Assembly: GCA_951406725.2 (NCBI GenBank)
Contig: OX597835.1
Coordinates: 27,962,001-28,026,000 of the forward strand
Reading direction: 5' to 3'
DNA length: 64,000 nt
DNA from: Octopus vulgaris
Lineage: Eukaryota
Of the stretch, positions 38,692 to 50,175 are shown one piece after another. The translations under genes and the position numbers were made by a program. Positions within the stretch are counted from its first letter, which is position 1. Each line of letters opens with the position of its first letter. The notes beneath the pieces were generated by a model that was given only the letters and a program-made list of their open reading frames with translations, was not told where the DNA came from and did no database searches.

Positions 38692-38821
38692 TATATATAT
38701 ATTTTTTTTAATAATTATTCTAAATTTTTAATTTCACGCATGCACATTTTTTGGTTTTGATTTTGTCAGCTACACAGCATAGTAGGGTCAGTTGGGCTCC
38801 ATCTGTGAGAAAAACAGTACC

Positions 38822-39535
38822 ATGATGCAATTTACTCTGCCAGAAATTTGGAAATGACATGCTGCACTGCTTGGCATTTGCATCAGAAGTTCCAATACGG
38901 ACATTTTAGAGTGTTTGGGTTTCAATCTGAGGACAGTGCAAAGGATTTGGAAAGAGTTGGATGAGTCTAATGGTGATTACGAAGGTACCGGAACTCGGAA
39001 AACTCACTCTCATCATTCTGATAAGAAAAGAACTCCTTAATTTGTTGGTGAGATCCAGGCCATGATTGACAACGATCCCGCCAAGTCAATCAAGTCCATC
39101 GTCAGGGACATGAGAGTGTTTGAGTTTTTAATCAGGCAGGTAGTGCATGAAGACATTCAGTATTCCTCATACAAGATGAGAGAAAGGGCCAATTTTTATC
39201 CTAGACCATCAAGGACAAAAGAAAAGCCTGCGCTACAAAGCTTTTGAACAAACTCAAGCATCCCCTCCAATTGAACATGCTTTGTTTTTTTTTCAGATAA
39301 GAAAAAATTCTGCCAGGATCAGATGGTGAACACACAGAACAAGCATTGGCTTGCCATGTCTCCAAAACATGCACCAAGAGCACTAGTGATGGTGATATTA
39401 TGCCTTCGTTCATCTTCCCACACGACCTCAGACTCAACACAGAGGCCTACATCAAGTGCCTGGAGGAGGTAGTACTGCCTTGGGTCAAGAGGGTGGCTGC
39501 TGGAAGACCCTATATCTGGCAACAGGACTCTGCAA
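38822..39535 (+). mobile_element. Decayed maT/DD37D-like (Tc1/mariner) transposase
   Basis: MIDNDPAKSIKSIVRDMRVFEFLIRQVVHEDIQYSSYKM...FSDKKKFCQDQMVNTQN...SDGDIMPSFIFPHDLRLNTEAYIKCLEEVVLPWVKRVAAGRPYIWQQDSA; stops and frameshifts. Confidence 0.88.
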
Positions 39536-40329
39536 ATGTTAACTCTAACAAGGAATAACCCACCTTCCCCCCAATAAAAGGAGAAACCTCCAAGGGCTAT
39601 CCGGTGGGGAAACCCTACAAAATCACTACCATCACCATGATCACCACTAAGGCAAGTGCCTTTTCCTAGCAGTCATCCTTCAGTCTACAGTCGTATGTCA
39701 AGAGCAAGCCTGTTGACTTAGACAATGCTCACCACTCTCCATCACTCCACCACCCTTCAACATATTTGCTGCGAGGCCCCATTTCCTGTCCATTCTTACT
39801 TTCTTTTTCAGATGGCTACAAGTTTTTTTATTGGCTTAGTCGTCTACCGCTCACTTCAAACACAAATTTTATTGTAGAATTAAACTGAAAATTTGATAAT
39901 AAATGCTCACAACATATATATATATATATATGATTTAATATTTTAATTTTTACTTAAAATCTGTGGATAATTAAAACTGTCGGTTTTTTTTTTGTTGTTG
40001 TTGTTTTGGTTTTGCAAAAAAAATAAAAAATATGTATTTTAATATTTATTTCTGTTCATTCAGTCTCAGCATAACAAGTTAGTTTTTGATAAAAAAAAAT
40101 TTTTACTAAAAAGAAAAAAATTTTTTTCTTTTGTTTAGGTTTGGCAATTAAAATTGGAACTGAAAGTGACTTTCAGAGAATTTTTATTAAATAACTTTCG
40201 TCAATGTAATCGTGTTTTGTAATATCTTTTTACAAGCACATTATTTTGGCAGAAAAACTTCTTTTATTATTAAATTTTTGTGGAGGCAGGGTGTCTCATA
40301 ATAATAACAGTAATTATTATCTGAGTTCC

Positions 40330-41610
40330 TTTCGAGCATTAGGCCCCATGGAGGCAAAATGGCTGGGTTCCTTTTAAGTGTTGGGGTTCATGGAGGCATT
40401 GACCGATATCTTTGGCACTAAGTCGTGCTTGAGAAGAAGAGCCATCAAGCCGAGCAAAATCACAATTGTGGCAGATACCGGTGTCACACAAATGGCATCC
40501 ATGCCAGTGCTATGTAAAAGAATCCATTACACTCTCGGAGTGGTTGGCATCAGGAAGGGCATACAGCTGTAGAAAACCATACCAAATCAGACTGGATCCT
40601 GGCGCAGCCTTCTAGCATGCCAACCCAGTCAAACCGTCCAACCCATACCAGCATGGACAACAGACATTAAATGATGATTATGATGATGATGATTATTATT
40701 ATAATGGTTTTAAATATTGGCACAGAGCCAGCAGTTTTTGAAAGGAAGAGGTAAGTTGATTATATTAACCCCCCTCCACCCAGTCCTTAACTGGTACCCA
40801 TTTTATCAACTCCAAAAGGACAAAAAAACAAAATCAACCTTGGCAGGATTTGAACTCAAAATGTAAAGTCAGAAAAAATGCTACTAAGATTTTTGTCCCG
40901 CATGGTAATAATTCTGCCAGTTTGCTGCCTTGATAATAATAATAATAAAAAGAATAAGAATAATAATAGTTTCAAATTTTGCCACAAGGGCAGCAATTTT
41001 GAGGGAGGGGATGAGTCGATTACATTGACCCCAGTACGCAGCTGGTTCTTAATTTATTGACCCCGAAAGGATGAGAAGCAAAGTTGACCTCGGCAGAATT
41101 TGAACACAGAACATAGCAACAGGTGAAATACCTATTTCTTTACTACCCACAAGGGGCTAAACACAGAGAGGACAACAAGGACAGACACACAGATTAAGTC
41201 GATTATATTGACCCCAGTGTGTAACTGGAGCCGGACAAGGATTCTGGATTATTTTTCCATTTGTTTTACTTAATTTCTGAGAGCGGTCGGGTTCATTTTT
41301 AGTATTCTCGTTTGTGAGAGCAGTCGAGTTTATTTCAGATATTCTCATTTTAAAAATCATCTCTGGCTAATTGTTGTGAGGACATTGGTATTGCCTTGTG
41401 TGTCTGCTTGTTCCCCCAACATTGCTTGACAACCAATGCTGGTGTGTTTACATCCCTGTCACTTAGCGGTTTGGCAAGAGAGACTGATAGAATAAGCACC
41501 AGGCTTAAAAAATAAGTAGTTGGGTCAATTTGTTTGACTAAAAATACTTCAAGGTGATGCCCCAGCATGGCCACACTCTAATGACTGAAACAGGTAAAAG
41601 AAAAAAAAGA
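40330..41610. mobile_element. Cluster: family C (+), family B copies (-, 40705-41230), partial A (+, 41395-41610)
   Basis: Matches to other copies. Confidence 0.75.
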
Positions 41611-41774
41611 TAAATATCAGAAAATGATAAAACTCTATGCTTAGACTTTTGATGCTGAGACACTGAAAAAAGCATATGTTGTTGTTGCAGTTAAACCCTA
41701 GGTGAACCCTGATTGAGCAGACCTATAATCAAAAGTGTTCCAGCCATGACCAGCCCATCTTTTGTTCAGACACA

Positions 41775-43170
41775 GGGTGTATCTAGCACCATGGTGAAAT
41801 ATCTGAAAATGCTGAACACAACACGAAGGAATTACGCAAATTAGGATAATATTTTCTTTAACATTTTCTTGTGTGTGGAGGCACAATGTCCCAGTGGTTA
41901 GGGCAGCAGACTCGCAGTTGGAGGATCGCGGTTTCGACTCCCAGACCGGGCGTTGCGAGTGTTTATTGAGCGAAAACACCTAAAAGCTCCACGAGGTTCT
42001 GGCAAGGGGTTGTGGCGACCCCTGTTGTACTCTTTTGCCACAACTTTCTCTCACTCTCTCTTCCTGTTTCTTGAGTAACACTGCGATGGACTGGCGTCCG
42101 GTCCAGCTGGGGGGAACACATACACCACAGAGCCTGGCTAGGCTTGAAAAAGGTGAAAGAAGAAGAATTTTCTTGTGCGAATATTATATTCATTCTGTTG
42201 AGCAGGAATCACTGGTGATACCCATGCTTTAAGTCAATATAGTAGTTCATATAGTAAATTAGAACTTTAGGTGTTTGTGTAGGACCTGGCAAACTGTGCT
42301 TTTGGGGAGGTATAACTCTCGGTTAGCTCTTTGTATTGATTTTTTGGGGGCTGTGCCCGAATTTTCTTCAACTCGATCAATAACTTCTTCTGAGATAGAT
42401 GTCTCGGTCACAATGTCCCTTTCTCTGATCACAAATACACCCTTTCTGACTAAAATCGTTGTACCATTTCTGAATGGACTCGAGTGCAGCTGGAATCGCC
42501 TGATACTTGAGTCTGAAAGCACATTCCATGGCCACAACACTGTTTGATCTTGGAAATCCCAGTACAAACCAGCTGCATTGCTGTGGGGTGATGGTCATTT
42601 TCAGATTTCCTTGCACTCCTGTGGTTAACAGGTCAAGGATGTCTAATCACAAAAAAAAAAAAAAATGAAATAACTGTTGTTAGAGAATCAGTTCACAACA
42701 TGTTTATCAATATATTTGAATTAGTTTAAATATCATTACCATCATGAAATCAGGCAGTGTCTTTTCGATCAATAAACACATGCAACGCCCGGTCTGGGAA
42801 TCGAAACCGCGATCCTCCGACTGTGAGTCCGTTGCCCTAACCACTGGAACATTGTGCCTCCACACACAAGAAAATGTTAAAGAAAATATAATCCTAATTT
42901 GCGTAATTCCTTCGTGTCGTGTTCAGCATTTTTAGATATTTCACCATGGTGCTAGATACACCCTGTGTCTGAACAAAGATGGGCTGGTCATGGCTGGAAC
43001 ACTTTTGATTATAGGTCTGCTCAATCAGGGTTGACCTAGGGTTTAACTGCAACAACAACATCTGCATTTCTCAGTGTCTCAGCATCAAAAATCTGAGCAT
43101 AGAATTTTCTCATTTTGTGATATTTATCTTTTTCTCTCACCTGTTGCTATTTTCTGTGGACACCCCGTAT
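41775..43170 (-). mobile_element. Decayed Tc1/mariner transposon (DUF4817-type) with nested SINE D and an inverted duplication
   Basis: ITPQQCSWFVL...AFRLKY...SIQKWYNDFSQKGCICD...VIDRVEE...PKKSIQRANRELYLPKSTVCQVLHKHL; TIR-like end ta-cggggtgtccacagaaaatagc at about 43146-43170; SINE D 41876-42167 with attttcttgtg TSD. Confidence 0.8.
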
Positions 43171-43259
43171 ATCATAGTATCACAGTATCGACCAGGCCAT
43201 CAGATGTTATCTCACACTGCTGGTCACAAAGTGTTTACAATTTGGTCTTGATTGCGTCA

Positions 43260-44150
43260 TTCTTTTCCATACTAATCCAAATTGCTTAACCAAATTGTCT
43301 TCCCATTGTTGTAGATGGCCTTCCAAGTGGCCTTTTTGCAATCTTTTGGATACCATTCAGCAACTGCATGGGTCCACTTACTCTTTTACTCTTTTACCTG
43401 GTTCAGTCATTTGACTGTGGCCATGCTGGAGCACCACCTTTAGTCGAGCAAATCGACCCCAGGACTTATTCTTTGTAATCCTAGTACTTATTCTGTCAGT
43501 CTCTTTTGCCGAACCTCTAAGTTACAGGGACGTAAACACACCAGCATCGGTTGTCAAGCGATGTTGGGGGGGACAAACACACAAACACACGCACACACAC
43601 ATATATATATGTATACGACGGGCATCTTTCAGTTTCCATCTACCAAATCCACTCACAAGGCTTTGGTCAGCCCGAGACTACAATAGAAGACACTTGCCCA
43701 AGGTGCCATGCAGTTGGACTGGACCCGGAACCATGTGGTTCGTAAGCAAGCTACTTACCACACAGCCACTCCTACGCCACTTGTTGAGAATGTTGCAACA
43801 TGTTTGGCCCTATGGAACTTGTACTTTCAGTACACTACAGTCACATTGCTCACTACACTCCGTTCCCGAATTATCTCCTTTCAAATGTGCTCTCTTAATG
43901 ATATTCCTAACAGGAATCTTTCCATGGCCCTTTGCGTCGTAGCCAATCAATATTCTACCTCCTTCATCACAGCTCACATCTCACTTGCACATAAGAACAT
44001 AGATAGGACTGTGCTATTGAAGTGTTTGGCATGCACGGCATTGTCTGGTTTTGTTTGGAGCACATCCTTAATTGAGTTAAATGCCTTCCATCCTGACCTT
44101 ATTCTCTTTGAGATTTCGGTATCCACATCTCTAGAACATAAATTAGGCCA
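43260..44150 (-). mobile_element. RTE-clade LINE fragment interrupted by SINE A (43380-43777)
   Basis: EISKRIRSGWKAFNSIKDVL...FNSTVL...TQRAMERFLLGISLREHI, then WTHAVAEWYP after the SINE; ccactt on both sides of the SINE. Confidence 0.85.
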
Positions 44151-44201
44151 GTGGTACAAAGGAAAACATGGCACAAAATGGGTTTGGAAGACAAAGTGCT
44201 G

Positions 44202-44241
<40 letters not shown>

Positions 44242-46288
44242 GGCAGTGACCTGGCAGAATTGTTAGCAAGCCAGACAAGATGCTTAGTGATATTTCATCT
44301 GCTGCTATGTTCTGAGTTCAAATTCCACCGAGGTCGACTTTGCCTTTCATCCTTTCAGGGTCGGTAAAATAAGTACCACTGAGGGTCGATATAATCAACT
44401 TAACTCCTCCCCCAAAATTGTTGCCCTTGTGGCAAAAATGGACAAACCATTATTATGATCATTATCATTAAGGTGGTAGAATCATTGGCAGGTTGGACAA
44501 AATGCTGATCAGCATTTGGTCTATCTTCATGTACTGAGTTCAAATTCAGCCAAAGGCAGCTTTGCCTTTCATCCTTCTAGGGTCAATGAAATAAGTATCA
44601 GTTCAGTACTGGGGGGGGGTCGATATAACAAACTAGCCCCCACTCTCCCAAAATTTCAGGCTTTGTGCCTACACTAGAAAGGACTGTTTAAGATGACAGG
44701 GTATAATTTGATGGAGTTTTGACTGCTATTTCTAGCAGATCCAGTGGTCAAGTAACAGTTCTCTCATGAGTTTATCTGAAACTTTGATGGAACTGTGATC
44801 TGGACATTTTATAGATGGTTTTTGTGGAGAGAAACATTAACAAAGAATTTTTTAAAAAACTCAGTAAAAGAGAAAAAGAAACAAAGTATCTAAGACCCGA
44901 AATCAAGGAATTAAGATTTTCTTTAAGATATCCATAATGCTTGTGTGCCACATTGTTTTTTATTGGTTTCTTGTAGCAGAGTTCATAAGGTGGCGGCGTA
45001 TATTGACTTCAAAGGAAACTTGGACCAATCTATATTGAAATAAAGTGCAAAGCTGACAGGGAGTTAACATTAAAAGACGTTATTTAACCCTAGGTTAGTG
45101 TCCTGATGGTGGCGGGGGCTGATGATCAAAGGGATTCCGACCGAGAATTCTTTTCATTTACTTGTTTCAGGCATTGGACTGTGGCCAGGTTGGAGCATTA
45201 CCTTGAAGTGTTTAGTCAAACAAATCAACCCTAATATTTATTTAAAGCTAGGTACTTATTCTATCAGTCCGTTCTGCTGAACCACTAAGTTATGGGGATG
45301 TAAACAAACCAACACCAGTTATCAAACAGTAGTATGGAACAAAAACACACACACACATATATATATATAGAGAGAAAGAGAGAGAGACATACACACTACA
45401 CACACACATATATATATGATGGGCTTCTTTCAGTTTCCATGAAGTTGACCAAATTACTAGCATAGCTGCAGTATGTGCTGCCTATGGTGGCCCTTCAGTT
45501 TACCACCCTCAGGCCCCCACAAAAATTACATATTGCCAATGGCAGACGCAAAAGTGGTGCATGCCCCCATAAAAGTGCCATCCGGGATGGACCACCACCA
45601 CCATCCTTCGCCCGCTCAAGCTATGCTAATGAACCAAATCCACTCACAAGGTTTCGTTCATCCCAGAGCTATAGTAAAAGACACTTGCCCAAGGTGCTGT
45701 GCAGCAAAACTGAACCCAAGACCACATGGTTGGGAAGCAAGCTTCTTAACCACACAGCCACGCCTGCACTTTTCTCATCATTTTGTTTATCTATAACAAC
45801 AATATACAATACATCATTGATTCCCATTTTAATACAGCAGGGTATGATCAGCGCCAGATTAACCATTAAGCAAAATAAATAAATGCTTAGGATATCAAAG
45901 GAAGGTCAGGACACCATAAAAATGATAAATGGCTTATGACACAAAAGAAATCATTTTAAACTTGCCAGAATAAATTTTCAAAGTGGTTTATATGATCGGA
46001 ATGTAATTTCAAAGTGTTCATGGTGTCGTAGTAAGGATCTGATCAAAGATTTTGTAATTAAAAAGATTAGGAGAAAACTTTTCAAATATAAAATAAAGTG
46101 AAAGTATGCAAGAATAAACAGTATTTTTTATCTTGCTCTTAGTTTTATTTCATTTTGAAAAATTAAAATTTATTTTACAGAGATGTACTTGCATAGCAAG
46201 TGACCTGATCTGAGATTGTGTGCTGGAACGAAAACAATTGCAGCGTGGACACAAAATCCGATAGATTCACTTCAGCATTTAAATTTAA

Positions 46289-46339
46289 TTTGTCAAAATA
46301 TTTTCGTCGCTTTGAGACCGCGAACTGTTCACTGACAAA
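46289..46339 (-). ncRNA. Minimal hammerhead-like motif with G3-C8 core
   Basis: tttgtca-GTGAACA-gttcgc-ggtctcaaa-gcgac-GAAA-atat-TT-tgacaaa. Confidence 0.55.
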
Positions 46340-46639
46340 ATATTGTTTATATTTTGCATTACATATATATGGAACACCAAAATCTTTTAAGTGTCCAGGG
46401 CAGAGCTTCTCAACCAAGGTCCATGTGGACCCTGAGGCTCCATGTAAGATTTTGGTGGGTCCATGCAACAAAATAGTAAATCGGGGATCCACAATAATAT
46501 TTGAAGAGACCCTGAAAACATTTTGTTTTAGGTGTATGTATTTATTAGTAAGTACAGTAATCTCTTGACTATTGTGGGTGTTACATTTCAAAACCCCCCA
46601 TGATAAGTAAAAAATCCATGAAGCAGAAACAGTACTGTA

Positions 46640-47210
46640 CTCATCATCATCATCATCGTTTAACGTCCGCTTTCAATGCTAGCATGGGTTGGACGATTTT
46701 GACTGAGGGTTGGGGAACCAGATAGCTGCACCAGACTCCAAGCTTGATTTGGCAGAGTTTCTACAGCTGGATGCCCTTCCTAACACCAACCACTCCGAGA
46801 GTGTAGTGGGTGCTTTTTATGTGACATCGGCATGGGGGCCAGTCAGGCAGTACTGGCAATGACCTTGCTCAAATCTTTTTACACATGCCACCAGCACAGG
46901 TGCCAGTAAGGCGACGTTGGTGGCAATCACACTTGAAAGGTGCCCTTTTACGTGCCACTGGCACAGAAGCCAGTTGGCTGCTCTGGCAATGATCACACAT
47001 GGATGGTGCTCTTGGCACGCTACTAGCACGGGCACAAGTGCCAGTAAGGCGACGCTGGTAACGATCACGCTTGAATGGTGCCCTTTTACGTGCCACTGAC
47101 ATGGAAGCCAGTTGGCTGCTCGGTCAACGATCACACTTTGATGGTGCTCTTGGCACCCTACAAGCACGGCCACAAGTGCCAGTAAGGCATCGCTGGTAAC
47201 GATCACACGC
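46640..47210 (-). mobile_element. Family C variant with internal tandem subrepeats of about 135 bp
   Basis: Repeated gtgccagtaaggcgacgctggtaacgatcacac...ggtgcccttttacgtgccact. Confidence 0.8.
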
Positions 47211-48074
47211 GGTATATATATATATATATTTTTATTATTATTTTTATACTTTATATACATTTATTTTATTATAAATGCAAAACAACACCATAGAGGAGTA
47301 AAGAAGATGTAAAAGGTGGAGAAGGTGGAATGAGACCAGAACAGAGGCAGAAAACAGAGCTAGTTGCAAAGATCATGTTGCAGCCTTATGTGCCTCGTGG
47401 AATGCAGAGAACTAACTAATGTGTCCTTCTGTGCTCTAAGATGACAGGGTACAATTTGATGAAGATTTTGCTGCTATTTCTAGCAAGCCAGATGACAAAA
47501 TATATGATCCCTCATTGGTTCATGTCATCTGATATTTTTTAGTGAGTTGATGGGGGTTGTTATAGCTCAGTCTGAGGAGAAAAAGTGACACTTGTGATTT
47601 TTGTCGAGGCTTCCTAGACAAGTAAAAAGAGTAAATTAAGTGGATACCTGACACTGAAGCATGCAACAAACGAACTCCTTTAAAGGCACAGGCACCATCC
47701 AAGGGCCAGATATGGTGATAAATCAGGAAATGGGTAAATTCTATTGAAGACTGGAATGGCCCATCCTCTGAAGGATTTTCATATATTTTTTTAAAACTAT
47801 TTCGTTTTTGGATTTGGCTCACAGGATTCTTTATGTGAGCTCGTGTGTTGAAGCATATTCTCTTGTGTTTGGGGAGAGTCATTTTCTTTTTGTGTCTTAT
47901 AATGTAACACACTCACCAGTTAAATTTCCACTTATTTCTTATTTTTATTTTCCGAAAATTTTCGTTGCATCTTGCAACCTTTTCAATAGACTCGAAACTA
48001 ATTTCACTTAAAAAGACTTTTGACAAACTAAGTTGTGGTAAAAGACACATACCCAAGGTGTCACATAACAGATG

Positions 48075-49295
48075 TTCTTTTACCTTTGCAGTCGTTAGAC
48101 TGTGGCCATGCTGGGGCATTGCCCGGAAGAACTTTTAGTCAAATGAATTGACCCCATACTTATTGTTTTCCTTTTCTTTAAGCCTTGTACTTATTCTGTT
48201 GGTATCTTTGTTGAACTGCTGTAAGTTAGCGGGATGTAAACACACCAACACCAGCTATCAAATGATGCTGGGGACAAACACAAACACATACAAACTCACA
48301 CATATACACCATAGGTTTCTTTCAGTTTCCATCCACCAAGTCCACTCACAAGGCTTTGGTCGGCCCAAGGCTATAGTAGAAGACACTTGCCCAAGGTGCC
48401 ACACAGTGGGACTGAACCCAGAACCATGTGGTTGGGAAGCAAGCTTCTTACTGCACAGCCACACCTGCACCTATGACACAGTCACACTGGCCCCTATAGA
48501 CAGTCACTCCTGTACCTATCAAATTTTACAGAACAAAAAGCTATGCCTTCAACCAGTTAATCATCATCATCATCGTTTAACGTCCACTTTCCATGCTAGC
48601 ATGGGTTGGACGATTTTGACTGAGGGCTGGCGAACCAGATGGCTGCACCGGACTCCAATCTTGATCTGGAAGAGTTTCTACAGCTGGATGCCCTTCCTAA
48701 CGCCAACCACTCCGAGAAGGTAAAAACACATGAAAAGAATATGCCATGCTTTCACTAATTTGGGGGATTTTGGGGTGGGATTGTTAGGTACCAATGAAGT
48801 TGTGAGTAGGTATAGATATCCTGTTGGCTTCACTACTTTTATTTCAATGGAACATCGAGGATGTGACATCCAAAAGGAGATCAAGCAACACCAGCACCAC
48901 TCAGCTGGTAATCCTTTTCAGCTGAAGCTCATTGGAGCAATGTGAAGTGATGTGCCTTGCCCAAGGAGACAATTTGCCACCTGGTCCAGGAACCAAGCTC
49001 ATGATCTTAATGGTCATGAATCCAATGACCACTAAGCACTAAGCTGCATGCCTTCATATAAAAATAAGAAGAATCTGAATGAATAAATTTACTCTTTTAC
49101 TTGCTTCAGTCATTTAACTGTGGCCATGCTGGAGCACCATCTTTAGTCAAGCAAATTGAGTCCAGGTTTTATCCTTTGTAAGCCTAGTACTTATTCTATC
49201 AGTCTCTTTGACCGAACTGCAAAGTTATGGGGATGTAAACACACCAGCATCTGTTGTCAAGAGATGTTGTTGGAGAGGGGGACAAACACAGACAG

Positions 49296-49339
<44 letters not shown>

Positions 49340-49913
49340 GACGGGCTTCTTTCAGTTTCCATCTACCAAATCCACTCACAAGGCTTTGGTCGGCCCGAGG
49401 CTATAGTAGAAGACACTTGCCCAAGGCGCCATGCAGTGGGACTGAACCTGGAACCATGTGGTTCGTAAGCAAGCTACTTACCACACAGCCACTCCTATGT
49501 CTATTTGGAAGGGCTATTTAAAATGAAAAAGGATTATCTAAATTCAAAATAAAGAAAATTTGTACTTCGTAGGTGACAGACCTAAGAAAGTAAGTAGCAA
49601 GATCTGTAAGCCTTATGAATGCTGTTGCGAACCCATTGTGGATTTTTCAGTATCCACCCACTGTCATGCCATCATAGTGTTGATTTTTTTATTAACCATA
49701 AAGGTCTTACATAGAATATACACTACAACACATTGGGGACACAAAACATGAGTGGCTGTGTGGTAAGTAGCTTGCTAACCAACCACATGGTTCCGGGTTC
49801 AGTCCCATTGCGTGGTATCTTGGGCAAGTGTCTTCTGCTATAGCCCCGGGCCGACCAATGCCTTGTGAGTGGATTTGGTAGATGGAAACTGAAAGAAGAC
49901 TGTCATATATATG

Positions 49914-49969
<56 letters not shown>

Positions 49970-50175
49970 TGTGTCTGTGTTTGTCTCCCTAGCATTGCTT
50001 GACAACCAATGCTGGTGTGTTTACGTCCCGTCACTTAGCGGTTTGGCAAAAGAGACCGATAGAATAAGTACTGGGCTTACAAAGAATAAGTCCCAGGGTC
50101 GATTTGCTCGACTAAAGGTGGTGCTCCAGCATGGCTGCAGTCAAATGACTGAAAAGAGTAAAAGAGAGTAAAAGA
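48075..50175. mobile_element. SINE A copies (48075-48471 -, 49090-49500 -, 49750-50175 +) and a family C end (48562-48718 -)
   Basis: Matches to other copies. Confidence 0.85.
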
